64,000 nt of DNA from Patescibacteria group bacterium. Lineage in GTDB: Bacteria > Patescibacteriota > Patescibacteriia > JACRDY01. The notes beneath the pieces were generated by a model. The model was given only the letters and a program-made list of their open reading frames with translations, was not told the origin of the DNA and searched no databases. The stretch is taken from positions 7,209 to 71,208 of the forward strand of contig JBAZFH010000002.1 in assembly GCA_041653535.1 (NCBI GenBank), given 5' to 3'. The stretch's first letter is position 1. Every line of letters begins with the position of its first letter. The translations under genes and the position numbers were made by a program. This document shows, piece after piece, positions 37,962-48,005 of the stretch.

Positions 37962-39884
37962 ATGTCAATACTAAAAAATATCTTATTACAAAAACATCGC
38001 CAAATACTGTGGTTCACGATTTTTCTTTATATTATTATCTTTAGTTTTTTTTGTCTTTATAAATACTACCATTTTGGCTACAACTCGCTTGATCTGGCAA
38101 TACTCAACCAAGTATTTTTTAACACCGCCCACGGTGATTTTTTTGCTTCATCAATAAACTACCCATCATATCTTGGTGACCATTTCAAACCGATTATTTT
38201 GTTGCTATTACCCGTTTATTTTGTCTGGCAATCACCGCAAATATTATTAATTATCCAAACCTTTTTTCTGGCTCTTGCCGCTTGGCCATTATATCTGATC
38301 GGTAAAAAACTTTTTACCAACCCGCTGTATTATCTTATTTTACCGACATTGTTTTTACTCAACTCCACCGTTGCCAGCACCAATCTTTTCGAATTTCATC
38401 TTCTACCCATTGCTTATTTTACACTGTTTTTTTCTTTTTATTTTTATTTAGAAAAAAAGTTCTGGCCGTTTTTTATTTTTGCTTGCCTGAGCATGATGAT
38501 CCGCGAAGACGTTTCTTTGTTTATCTTTTGTTTCGGTTTTTTTATTTTGTACGAAAACATAAAAACGAAAGAAAAAAGGCATTGGTATTGGTTTGTCGTT
38601 CCTATAATTTTGAGCGTGCTTTATTTCTTGGTCAGTTTAAAGATTATTTCTTATTTTAACACTGCTGGTGGCTACAAATTTATTACCTATTATTCCTGGC
38701 TAGGAAATAGCTTCACGGAAATTATAAAAAATTTCTTTTCTCATCCTTTGGTTGTAGTAAAACATTTATTTTTAAAACAAAACATTGAAATGGTTTTAGG
38801 CCTGCTTGTTCCTTTTGCTTTTTTCGTACCTCTAGCCAGCCCTCGCTACCTAATACTGACTGTATTAACCTTTGGTCAGTTTGCTTTGAGTAACCTGGGT
38901 GGTGGTGGTATAACAGTACAAACTCATTACGCGACACTATTAAACATTCCGTTGTTTCTCGCCGTAGGATCGTCTTTGAAAAGGATTAACGAAAACCAAA
39001 TTTGGCAAAAACGTTTTTATATAATCACCGGCATTTTGTTTCTCGCTACTCTTTACTCAATGCTTCTGCTCGGACCTAAAATAGTCAGTCAAAATTCGCC
39101 AAAAAACATTGAAACGAAAAAAGAGTTTATCACTAAAGCATGCTCTCAGGTTTCTTTTTCTCAAAACGCAACTATTGTGGCTAGCTATGAAATTTTACCA
39201 ATTTTTTCTTCGCGCTCTAACCTCTATCCTTTAAGCTATGTCTTCCTGGGGAAAAAACAATTTTCTACCGAAAAATATCTTCCGCCCCAAAATATCGATT
39301 TTTTACTTGCTGATATGGCCGAAACCATAACCTACCAATTCCAATTTGGCGACAAAAAATATTATCAAAGCGACTATTATCGAGGTGCTAAAAATTTGAG
39401 GGATTTTATTAATGAACATAAATTAAGTTATTCATGTTCTTTTGACACCACTATTTTGTTCGAAAAAAACACTAATAGTAATAATGGTTTGGGGTTGGTG
39501 GATATCACCCATGCGGAATCACAAAATAAATTCAACTGCCAGGGTTATGATGATAAACAAAATATAGCTTTTATATGTCAGACACAGTTTTCTCAACGAC
39601 AAACAACCAACCACCAACTACAAATCCAGATTAAAAAAGACGAGAAAGAAATATACACCAAAATACTACCCTTCGCATATGGGTTTTACCAAACCACCGA
39701 GTTAGAAACGACTGATCTATTAACGATCAAATATCTTTTGACCATACCTCCGGACGTTGCTCAACAAAAAAACCAAATTTGTATAAATTTGGTTTATCTG
39801 GATGGCGACTATGTGTTAAATCAACAAAGGAGCGGAGAATTAATTGTTAAAAATATAAAAACAATCGACTCTAGCTGCTGGTAA
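37962..39884 (+). CDS. DUF2079 / GT-C-like membrane protein
   Basis: DLAILNQ, GDHFKP, FEFH, IRED, HY. Confidence 0.8.
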   Translation: MSILKNILLQKHRQILWFTIFLYIIIFSFFCLYKYYHFGYNSLDLAILNQVFFNTAHGDFFASSINYPSYLGDHFKPIILLLLPVYFVWQSPQILLIIQTFFLALAAWPLYLIGKKLFTNPLYYLILPTLFLLNSTVASTNLFEFHLLPIAYFTLFFSFYFYLEKKFWPFFIFACLSMMIREDVSLFIFCFGFFILYENIKTKEKRHWYWFVVPIILSVLYFLVSLKIISYFNTAGGYKFITYYSWLGNSFTEIIKNFFSHPLVVVKHLFLKQNIEMVLGLLVPFAFFVPLASPRYLILTVLTFGQFALSNLGGGGITVQTHYATLLNIPLFLAVGSSLKRINENQIWQKRFYIITGILFLATLYSMLLLGPKIVSQNSPKNIETKKEFITKACSQVSFSQNATIVASYEILPIFSSRSNLYPLSYVFLGKKQFSTEKYLPPQNIDFLLADMAETITYQFQFGDKKYYQSDYYRGAKNLRDFINEHKLSYSCSFDTTILFEKNTNSNNGLGLVDITHAESQNKFNCQGYDDKQNIAFICQTQFSQRQTTNHQLQIQIKKDEKEIYTKILPFAYGFYQTTELETTDLLTIKYLLTIPPDVAQQKNQICINLVYLDGDYVLNQQRSGELIVKNIKTIDSSCW

Positions 39885-41499
39885 AAAGCTGCTTCACTTG
39901 ATAAATTTTCACATCTTGATTGCTGTATACTTCTTCCAAATAATCTTTTTGTCCTGGTTCAAAATAGCCGTTCCATTTTTCAAAATCTGAGTACCATATA
40001 TAATCAATGCTATTTTTATTGAGCCAATTTTTCTTTTCCGCGTCTTGGTCGTTAGTTTTAAAAAACCAACTTTTCAAAAAATATCGACGTTGATAAAAAT
40101 CTATCGTCTGATGACCATGCCCGGCATAAACGGTGCGACCAGAAAAAGCCGGGATTAGATTTCCTATCTGCACATCCGCCGCTACCACGTCGTTTGGTTT
40201 AACATTATTTTTAATCCAGGAAAAACCATCATAATAAGTATTAGGTATAAGATAAGGAAAATCCGGATCGATCAAAATGTCTATTTCTTGTTTGATTATT
40301 ACAAAATTAGTTACAAAGAAACAAATTATCAAAAAAGAAACAAAAACGGTTGAATTAATCCATGTAGCATATTTACGAAATATCGGCGCAAGATAAAATA
40401 TCCCCACTGACGCCAAAATCACCAAAGCTACATGCCAACCATTGCTAAATCGTCGTTGAACATTTAATGGTAAATAAACTAATACCAAAGATGTTATCGC
40501 CCAAATTATAATAAAATAAAACTTTTCTTTTTTTTGTTTTATTACCACCCAGACTCCAATTAATGCAAGAATAAAAACCAAACCATAACCCCAAAGATAA
40601 CTTAAAAAAGGCGGCGAAACGGTCAAGTTTTGGTCAGCCCAGCCGCCAATAGCTATTTGCGTCTTAGTTATATAATAGTAGTAAACAGCCGCCCAGACAG
40701 AAATAAAAACGATCCAAAGATAGGTCGCTATGCCGTGCCAATCAATCCTTTTTTGCCGCCAAGTACAAAAAACCAAATAAACACCCAGCACGGCACAAAT
40801 CGTCACGATATCGTAAGGATGAATAATCGCCAATACAGCCACCAGAAAACCTACTAAAAGAAATCTTTTTTCGTTAAACTTTTTAGTAAAAAAATAAAAT
40901 ATTGCCAAAATCAACGTTTGCGAAAAAATGAATAATGCTGAGTGTAACAAGGTTAAAAAAGTATTACTTTCCGAAATCCAAACATCTGTCGGCAAAAGCA
41001 AAAATACGTCTTGAGCGGAAAAAACCGGTCGTGAAGAAGAAATAATACCGCCAAAACCAGAAGCAAAGATTGTTAACAAAAAAACAATCAAACGTTTTTT
41101 TGTCGTAGTAAAAAAATAACTAATAAAAAAATACAAACATAACAAAAAAACCACGGCGGCGACACTACGTAAAAAAATAAAAACAAAAGCGTTTGACCAA
41201 CCGGTAGCAGTGCCAATCCAGCCGCCGATCAGCCACAACGGTGAAAACAAAACCGCTTTTTGCGCTTCAGGAGTATACAGGTTTTTAAATAAAATTTTCC
41301 CTTGCCTGCCCTGTTCGATTAACGAAAAGTAAACGGCATCGTCTGATTTATTTATAAAATCGGGGGTAAAAAAATGATATTGTCCTCCAGCGCGCCAATA
41401 ACCAAAAATCACTGGCAGCAGCGTCAGCCAAATGACCGCAACGATTATTACAAAAACTATTAACTTTTCGTAACGATCGACCCAGGCGTTCCAATCCAT
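39871..41499 (-). CDS. GT-C-like polytopic membrane protein
   Basis: DDAVY, HPYD, RRF; C-terminal soluble domain ending VYSNQDVKIYQV. Confidence 0.7.
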   Translation of the reverse strand: MDWNAWVDRYEKLIVFVIIVAVIWLTLLPVIFGYWRAGGQYHFFTPDFINKSDDAVYFSLIEQGRQGKILFKNLYTPEAQKAVLFSPLWLIGGWIGTATGWSNAFVFIFLRSVAAVVFLLCLYFFISYFFTTTKKRLIVFLLTIFASGFGGIISSSRPVFSAQDVFLLLPTDVWISESNTFLTLLHSALFIFSQTLILAIFYFFTKKFNEKRFLLVGFLVAVLAIIHPYDIVTICAVLGVYLVFCTWRQKRIDWHGIATYLWIVFISVWAAVYYYYITKTQIAIGGWADQNLTVSPPFLSYLWGYGLVFILALIGVWVVIKQKKEKFYFIIIWAITSLVLVYLPLNVQRRFSNGWHVALVILASVGIFYLAPIFRKYATWINSTVFVSFLIICFFVTNFVIIKQEIDILIDPDFPYLIPNTYYDGFSWIKNNVKPNDVVAADVQIGNLIPAFSGRTVYAGHGHQTIDFYQRRYFLKSWFFKTNDQDAEKKNWLNKNSIDYIWYSDFEKWNGYFEPGQKDYLEEVYSNQDVKIYQVKQLFTSS

Positions 41500-41505
41500 A
41501 ATATT

Positions 41506-43116
41506 TTAATTAATAATTTTAAAAATTTTACTTTCCTTGTCGCTAAAAACAAGCCAAAAATCTCCAGACTTTTCCAGGCTTGATATTAAACTCTCCCGAC
41601 CAGCTGTATCGATAAAAAAATAGTTCGCTCCAAAATTATTTTTTATTTTCTCCGCGATGCCGTCGGTTGTTTTTGCCATAGTAATATTTTCAAATTCTTT
41701 GTATAACGCCGGATCTTTTTTATATAGAAACGTCGGGTCTAACCCGGCAATATAATAATTCCAATTATTATGGTAAAAAAGAACCGGAAACTCATCCCAA
41801 TCACTATGAAACACCGTGCTGCCAGCCGATGTGTTTTGTTTTAACCAAGTACTGGCGGCAGTAAATTTATTAAAACTATGACCTGTATGATGATATAGCT
41901 GCCAATTTATCACCCAACCCCGGCTAGCCAATATAACTATCGCTATAAACCAAAAAACGCCCAAACAAGTAGCTACCACCACGTGTCTATTATAAAAAAC
42001 CTTGGCTCTGGCAAAATACTCGCCGGGTGGTGTTTTTTTTATATAACTACCGACGACCATTGCCGCAAAAACCACAGCCATGGGGATATAATACTCAACA
42101 TATCTCTGCGACTTGAGAGTAATAGCAAAAAAGAAAATGCTTAATACCAGCGCTACCCAGGTTACTCGGCTTTGTCTTTTATAATTGATAACCAGCAGTA
42201 AAAAACAAAGAATCAAAGCCGCGGAAAGTAACGGCGTTTCCAAAAAAAGATTACGCAGATCATAAGGATGCCACTCGGCTCCGACACGAACTACTTTTTG
42301 AAAATTAATAACTCCGATCTGGACAAACTGCTGCCAATAAAATTTTATATTATTGGGAAAATATGGATTAATCACCACACCAGCCGCTAAACCGGTCAAA
42401 CACGAAACCATCAGTTTCCAGCGTTTTTTATCAAAAACCGCATTAAAAAAATTTTTTGCCAGTTGTTTTTTTCTCTCTTTTACTGCGTGAAAAAAATCAG
42501 CTAAAGCACTGACTAAAATCGACGATCCTAAAACCACCAACAAAACCGGCCAGCCGCCATAAAGATAAACATACATAAATGAAAATAAAAAAAGCCAATG
42601 GTAACGCTGATGAATAATTAGATGCCAACCAATAAATAAAAAAAGTAGTGACACTGCCGGAGCCTTCGCTAAGTTAATTCTAAAAACTAAAGGGCTGCTT
42701 GCCAGCATCAATAAAATAAAAATAAAATTTACTCCCACTCCGGCAGATGGATTGTTTTTTTGTAAAAACCAATAAAAAATCGCCACAAATAATGCCGCGA
42801 AAAAAACCGTTGCCGCTTTTATGCCAACCAATGGATTAAAAAATATTAAAAACGGAATAACCAATATGTGATATAGAAAATGCTGATCAATATAATAATC
42901 ATTTAATACGGTTAACGGCAACCAAGGAAAGGCTGTCACCACTCCTTGATTCTTAATCAGCTCAACAATTTTGGCATGGTAAAAGGAATCAGGATCTAAA
43001 AAACTCTTTTCCCAATTTAGAGCCCCAAAAACCACTAAACAAACAAAAAAAACCATTAAACACCACCAAAATATTTTCTTACTTTTTGTTAGATCTTTCC
43101 AAGAAGTATTTTGCAT
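41506..43116 (-). CDS. GT-C/STT3-like membrane glycosyltransferase
   Basis: DPDSFYH, EW, RY, SDWDE, GLDP. Confidence 0.7.
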   Translation of the reverse strand: MQNTSWKDLTKSKKIFWWCLMVFFVCLVVFGALNWEKSFLDPDSFYHAKIVELIKNQGVVTAFPWLPLTVLNDYYIDQHFLYHILVIPFLIFFNPLVGIKAATVFFAALFVAIFYWFLQKNNPSAGVGVNFIFILLMLASSPLVFRINLAKAPAVSLLFLFIGWHLIIHQRYHWLFLFSFMYVYLYGGWPVLLVVLGSSILVSALADFFHAVKERKKQLAKNFFNAVFDKKRWKLMVSCLTGLAAGVVINPYFPNNIKFYWQQFVQIGVINFQKVVRVGAEWHPYDLRNLFLETPLLSAALILCFLLLVINYKRQSRVTWVALVLSIFFFAITLKSQRYVEYYIPMAVVFAAMVVGSYIKKTPPGEYFARAKVFYNRHVVVATCLGVFWFIAIVILASRGWVINWQLYHHTGHSFNKFTAASTWLKQNTSAGSTVFHSDWDEFPVLFYHNNWNYYIAGLDPTFLYKKDPALYKEFENITMAKTTDGIAEKIKNNFGANYFFIDTAGRESLISSLEKSGDFWLVFSDKESKIFKIIN

Positions 43117-43160
43117 GGCTATATTATAGCAAATTTCCGCTAAATAAAAACATTTTGGTT

Positions 43161-43198
43161 AAAAAAATTCCTCCCAAGCATGGGTGGAGGAATTTTTT
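43161..43198. terminator. intrinsic terminator
   Basis: aaaaaattcctcc...ggaggaattttt. Confidence 0.7.
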
Positions 43199-43226
43199 AC
43201 AACTAGACCCACTAACGTAATATTCG

Positions 43227-44297
43227 TTATTTTTCTAATTGCTCTTTGAAATAATCAACCCAAGGGACCGGACTCGGATCAATGCCGTTCAACACCGCCA
43301 GATAAAAACTAACGTAACTACCAAAAATCAAAAGTTCAAATGCTTGCTCAAATTTTGTTTTCGATTGTAACTGATGTTCTATAAAATCTATACTATTACT
43401 CTCCACCACGTCTTTACTTACTTCTATTCTTTTCTGATTACGTGGGTGATAAAGTTTTGACTGAATAAATAAAAATCTCAAACTCTTTTTATATTTTTTC
43501 GGCTGAGACAATCCTTCCATTAAATGATGATTCATTTCCGATATCGGAAAATAACAGGCAAAGGTTTTAGCGTTTTCATTTAGTTGATTGGAAAAAACAT
43601 GCACGCTGCCCGTCAAAAAATCGGCAGCTACCAAAACCGGAACTCTTTCGTGTAATTTGAGAGCTATCTGCTTAGCCGGATTTTTACCAGTCGAAATGTT
43701 GGGCGCAAATTTTTTATTCAATTTTTTCAAAACATTAACTACTTGCTCGACATCTTTATCCTTTATGTCAATTATTCCGCAACGGCTTAAAAGCGCCAAC
43801 TGTCCAAAAACGGAATAGCCAATACCCATTCTGGGTTGACCACAGAGATTATGGTCTTCCTTTATTAAATACCCTGGAGTTTTCCCATTGAGCACCAACT
43901 TGCCTATTTTGCCACCTTTAGTAATAGCGATTATTTTAGCATTCTTTACTTTTGCCGGCGCGATAGTATCTATAGTCTCTTCCGTATTTCCCGAATAACT
44001 GGAAACTAAAAATAAAGTATCTTTATCGACGCAGGCAGGAATAGTATAACTGTTAATTACCTGCATCGGCAGTTTTATTCTGTCCCAAAATAAAAACTGG
44101 ATGACATGCCCACCCAGCCCGGATCCACCCATACCACTGACAACGATTTTTTTTACATTATGATAAGAGGCAGGGATTTTCACTTTTTTCGCTTCATACC
44201 AAGCCTGCCTACACTGTAATGGAAGCTCTTTAATCGAATCCAACATTTTTGATTGGTCAATTTTTTTTATTTTTATTTGATTGTCCAAAACAGACAT
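43227..44297 (-). CDS. bifunctional phosphoglucose/phosphomannose isomerase (SIS)
   Basis: GMGGSG, SYSGNTEET, QPR, NENAK, EMNHH. Confidence 0.9.
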   Translation of the reverse strand: MSVLDNQIKIKKIDQSKMLDSIKELPLQCRQAWYEAKKVKIPASYHNVKKIVVSGMGGSGLGGHVIQFLFWDRIKLPMQVINSYTIPACVDKDTLFLVSSYSGNTEETIDTIAPAKVKNAKIIAITKGGKIGKLVLNGKTPGYLIKEDHNLCGQPRMGIGYSVFGQLALLSRCGIIDIKDKDVEQVVNVLKKLNKKFAPNISTGKNPAKQIALKLHERVPVLVAADFLTGSVHVFSNQLNENAKTFACYFPISEMNHHLMEGLSQPKKYKKSLRFLFIQSKLYHPRNQKRIEVSKDVVESNSIDFIEHQLQSKTKFEQAFELLIFGSYVSFYLAVLNGIDPSPVPWVDYFKEQLEK

Positions 44298-44514
44298 ATC
44301 TTGTTAATTTATCTGACCCACTTTTTTACTTCCTCCAGTTTAAGTGATAATTATTTTTTTGGCAAGACCGAAAACGGCTATAACAAAACAAAAAGAATTC
44401 CTGTTGATTAATCATTTAAAGACAAGCCGCATAAAAACATTGATTTCCCTGCTAAACATTGCTAAAATAGCATTATAAACAAACCCTCTAACAACTAGAT
44501 AATTCCTATTAAAT

Positions 44515-45240
44515 ATGTCTGGACACTCTAAGTGGGCAACCACCAAAAGACAAAAATTTGCTACTGATGCCAAAAGATCAAACCTTTTTACCCGGCTGGC
44601 AAAAAACATCGCTTTAGCGGCAAAAGAGGGCGGTGGCGATCCAGAGATGAACTTTAAACTCCGTATTGCCATCGACAAGGCTAAAGAAGGCAATATGCCA
44701 AAAGACAATATCGAAAAAGCAGTAAAGCGTGGCACTGGCGAAGGCGGTGGAGCGGCATATGAAGAAATTTTTTACGAAGGCTTTGGTCCGGCTGGCAGCG
44801 CTTTTATTATTCAAGTGGTTACGGATAATAAAAATCGAGCAGCCTCTGAAATAAAACATATTTTTTCAACCAACGGCGGATCGCTGGGCAGCAGCAATAG
44901 CGTTTCCTGGATGTTTGATAAGGTAGGTGGAATTAAAGCGACTGCCGCCGATAGCCGTCCTAAAGAAGACGTCGAACTTAATGCTATTGATGCCGGCGCA
45001 ATAGATTTTGAATGGTTAGATGAAAAAACTATTTGGATATATACTGAGCCAAGCGGCCTACAAAAAGTAAAAACTGCTCTGGAAATAAGCGGTCTAGTTG
45101 TTTCCGACAGTGAGCTTGGCTATAAACCGAAAGAAAGCCTACTAGTAGAAGACGATATTCGTCCAGCCATGGAAAGAATGTATGACGCGCTGGACGAGGC
45201 AGAAGATGTCCAAAATTTTTGGAGCAACATGGCCGTTTAG
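44515..45240 (+). CDS. yebC: YebC/PmpR family protein
   Basis: MSGHSKWA, NMPKDNIEKA, YEGFGP, TDNKNR. Confidence 0.97.
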   Translation: MSGHSKWATTKRQKFATDAKRSNLFTRLAKNIALAAKEGGGDPEMNFKLRIAIDKAKEGNMPKDNIEKAVKRGTGEGGGAAYEEIFYEGFGPAGSAFIIQVVTDNKNRAASEIKHIFSTNGGSLGSSNSVSWMFDKVGGIKATAADSRPKEDVELNAIDAGAIDFEWLDEKTIWIYTEPSGLQKVKTALEISGLVVSDSELGYKPKESLLVEDDIRPAMERMYDALDEAEDVQNFWSNMAV

Positions 45241-45242
45241 TT

Positions 45243-45274
45243 GGTAGAGGGTAGTGAGTAGCGGGTAAAGAGGG
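45243..45274. repeat. heptamer array GTAGYGR (left arm)
   Basis: gtagagg gtagtga gtagcgg gtaaaga. Confidence 0.7.
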
Positions 45275-45281
45275 ACGGTTA

Positions 45282-45653
45282 TTATGACCGTTCTTTTAGT
45301 TTTCTCAGAGAGCCATTTATTAATTTCTTGGCTACAACTGTTTGCTCGGCAACCTCCAAAAACCTCTCTTCGCTAATATAACCCAGGTCTCGAGAAGCCA
45401 ATAACTAACTTTGAATTTCAACCAGCGATCCTAAAGCGATAGAATAGAAATGGATTTTTTCCAACTTAGTCCTTCTACAAAAACCTTCGGCTATGTTTGA
45501 AGGGACGGAAACGGCCGCTCGACGCAGTTGGTCAACCAAGGAATATCTTTCTTCCCTAGGAAAATTACCAGTTGCCTTATAAATCAATAAAAGTAGTTTG
45601 TGAGCCTCCTGCCAAGTAGTCAGCTGATAAAACGACTGTATTTTTTTATTCAT
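45282..45653 (-). pseudogene. four helix bundle protein (23S IVS/TIGR02436-like) with internal TAG
   Basis: WQEAH...FPREERYSLVDQLRRAAVSVPSNIAEG...EIQS*LLASRDLGYI...KKLINGSLRKLKERS*. Confidence 0.85.
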
Positions 45654-45704
45654 AATATCGTTATTTTACAAAAGCAATCATTAAATCTTTCTAAACTTTC
45701 TTTA

Positions 45705-45736
45705 TACTCACCACTCACTACTCACTACCCGCTACT
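45705..45736. repeat. heptamer array, inverted relative to 45243-45274
   Basis: ctcacca ctcacta ctcacta cccgcta. Confidence 0.7.
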
Positions 45737-45983
45737 AAAAACCCCTTGCCGAATATAACTACTGATTTATTTTTAGATTTAAAAAATGACCCAATTAAAC
45801 TAGGGTTATTTTTATTAAATTGACGAAAATTAGTCTTTAAGCTAAGTTATAATGATATTTTTGAGTTAAATGGCTTGGTTGCTTAAGCCAAAAACAATCA
45901 AACCATTTACCTCAATGTTGAGGTAATCGCTAAGCCTGAAGGCGGATAATTTGGGCTGGTACTTTTTTCGAAGGAGGTTTGTC

Positions 45984-46691
45984 ATGGCGGGTAAAAATTT
46001 TCCTGTCGACGGCGAACTGTACAGGACCATTGATCGACGGATGATAGAGATTAAGCGTCAGCTTAATCAGGACGGTGGAAGTCCAATTGACCCCGAACGG
46101 GTGGCAGTAGATCTTCAAAAAATTATTGAATCTGCCGTCCAAGACAATCCGTGGCCGTTTGAACTGGTGACAGATTTCGGGTTGATCGTTGTGCCCGACA
46201 ACTACAATCACGCCACGCAATTAGCCAGCTTCCGATCAAAGTACCCGGAATTGTTTGGTAACCGTTCTCAAAATATGGTTGATTCTCGTTTCGCACTGGT
46301 TAGCCATGTTTTGCGACCAGGGGAAAAATTCTGGGTTTTGGGATTTAAAAATCTTAAAGCCTATCTTAGCCCCACAACCAACGAACAGCGTTTGGCTTTT
46401 ATTAAAAGTCAAGAAGGTTTTCTGGTTGGCGCCCAAGGTCTTACCCTAGTTTGGGAGCAACGGAGCCAACTGTTTTTACCTAGGCAACATTATGCGTCCT
46501 TGGACGTAAAAAAGGCCCTGCCGAGATTTCTTGGTCATGGCAGTAAAAGTCGTGCTGGCCACGGCACTATTGTGCCGATGTTGAATTTACTAGAAAAAGG
46601 CCAAACCGAGTTTGTGCCAATCACCTTTAATTGCAACCAGTACAGCTATTTCCTCGTTTTTTATCGGCGGCAGCCGTCATTAGACAAGTAG
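45984..46691 (+). CDS. hypothetical protein
   Basis: SD AAGGAGG before MAGKNF; downstream hairpin gggcgttcg...cggacgccc plus T run. Confidence 0.7.
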   Translation: MAGKNFPVDGELYRTIDRRMIEIKRQLNQDGGSPIDPERVAVDLQKIIESAVQDNPWPFELVTDFGLIVVPDNYNHATQLASFRSKYPELFGNRSQNMVDSRFALVSHVLRPGEKFWVLGFKNLKAYLSPTTNEQRLAFIKSQEGFLVGAQGLTLVWEQRSQLFLPRQHYASLDVKKALPRFLGHGSKSRAGHGTIVPMLNLLEKGQTEFVPITFNCNQYSYFLVFYRRQPSLDK

Positions 46692-46872
46692 ATAGCTCTC
46701 ACTACTCTTAGGTAATCAAGGGCGTTCGTTTAGTCGGACGCCCTATTTTTTATCCATAATATCGTTAATTTATAAAAACGATCATTAACTCACCACCCGC
46801 TACCCGCTACTAAAAAACCCTATTTTTTGATATAATTCTGATACTAATAAATACCACTTAAAAACCGATCTC

Positions 46873-47340
46873 ATGTTAATCCTCGGCATCGACCCTGGTT
46901 TTGCTGATACTGGCTGGGGTGTAATAGAAAAAAAAGGTAACGACCTAAGCTTGGTTGACTATGGGGTAATAAAAACCTCAACCAAACTTGATTTTATTGC
47001 TCGCCTGGAAATCATCCATCAGGACTTGACTAGAGTTATAAAAAAATTTAAGCCGGAGAAGGTCGCCGTCGAACAGCTTTTTTTTGCTAAAAACGTCAAA
47101 ACCGCTCTTCTTGTCGGTCAGGCTCGCGGCGTAGTGCTCCTTACTATCATGGAAGAAAAATTGCCGCTGCTGGAATATACTCCACTGCAAGTAAAGCAAG
47201 CGGTATGCTCCTACGGTCGGGCAGAAAAAACTCAAATCCAAAAAATGGTTAAGGTCTTGCTGCAGATGAAAGATATTCCACGTCCGGACGACGCTGCCGA
47301 CGCCTTGGCAATAGCCATTTGTTGCGCTAATAGCAACTAA
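46873..47340 (+). CDS. ruvC: crossover junction endodeoxyribonuclease RuvC
   Basis: ILGIDPG, AVEQLFF, YTPLQVK, DDAADALAIA. Confidence 0.97.
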   Translation: MLILGIDPGFADTGWGVIEKKGNDLSLVDYGVIKTSTKLDFIARLEIIHQDLTRVIKKFKPEKVAVEQLFFAKNVKTALLVGQARGVVLLTIMEEKLPLLEYTPLQVKQAVCSYGRAEKTQIQKMVKVLLQMKDIPRPDDAADALAIAICCANSN

Positions 47341-47379
47341 AGAAAAAAACGCGTGTACTGCTGACACGCGTTTTATTTT

Positions 47380-47868
47380 TTATACCGGTAATCTGCCATT
47401 TTTTTCCAGTTTGGCTATGTCGTTTAAAAAAATCGCCGCCTCTTCAAGTGCCGCTGCCATTATTTCGTTTTGATGATAAGGAACTCGGTGTTCTTGATTA
47501 TGGTTAATACACGCCGGTTGAAGACCTCCTCCCTTAGGTCCTAGCCTTAAACGAATGTAAAGAGCAGCTCCTTCCGAGGTAGAAGACGAATCGATTTTAG
47601 TACTTATATCTAACCATAAAAAACCAGCATCTTCCTCGGTAATCTCGGTGGGGTCGAGAAGTTTTATCCCGGCGCCAGTCATTAATGTTTTGAAACAAAG
47701 AAAAACCTTTTCCTCTACATTACCGACCGACTTTTGTTCCCTTGTTAAAATAAACGAATATTGATGCTTTACTGTGTTTTTGATGAAAAAGTACATTAGT
47801 TGCCACCTGAATGAAAAGGTAATAACAACTAAAAAAGCCATAATCACAAACAAAGAAGTCAGCAGCAT
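47380..47868 (-). CDS. hypothetical protein with N-terminal TM
   Basis: SD AAGGAG and own promoter. Confidence 0.6.
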   Translation of the reverse strand: MLLTSLFVIMAFLVVITFSFRWQLMYFFIKNTVKHQYSFILTREQKSVGNVEEKVFLCFKTLMTGAGIKLLDPTEITEEDAGFLWLDISTKIDSSSTSEGAALYIRLRLGPKGGGLQPACINHNQEHRVPYHQNEIMAAALEEAAIFLNDIAKLEKNGRLPV

Positions 47869-48005
47869 TATCGTTTCTCCTTTAGTTCTTTAGAGTTGAG
47901 ATAACTTTTCATTTAAAGTGCCAGCTTAATACAGTTTATATTTTATTGGTCTTTTGTCAACCTATTGGAAAAAAAACAAAAAATCACTATAATGTAAACC
48001 AGTAT

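Noticed and set aside
45890-45960. c-di-GMP-I riboswitch
   Set aside because: Only fragments (caaacc, cgctaagcc) resemble it; the GNRA tetraloop/receptor and P1 are missing.
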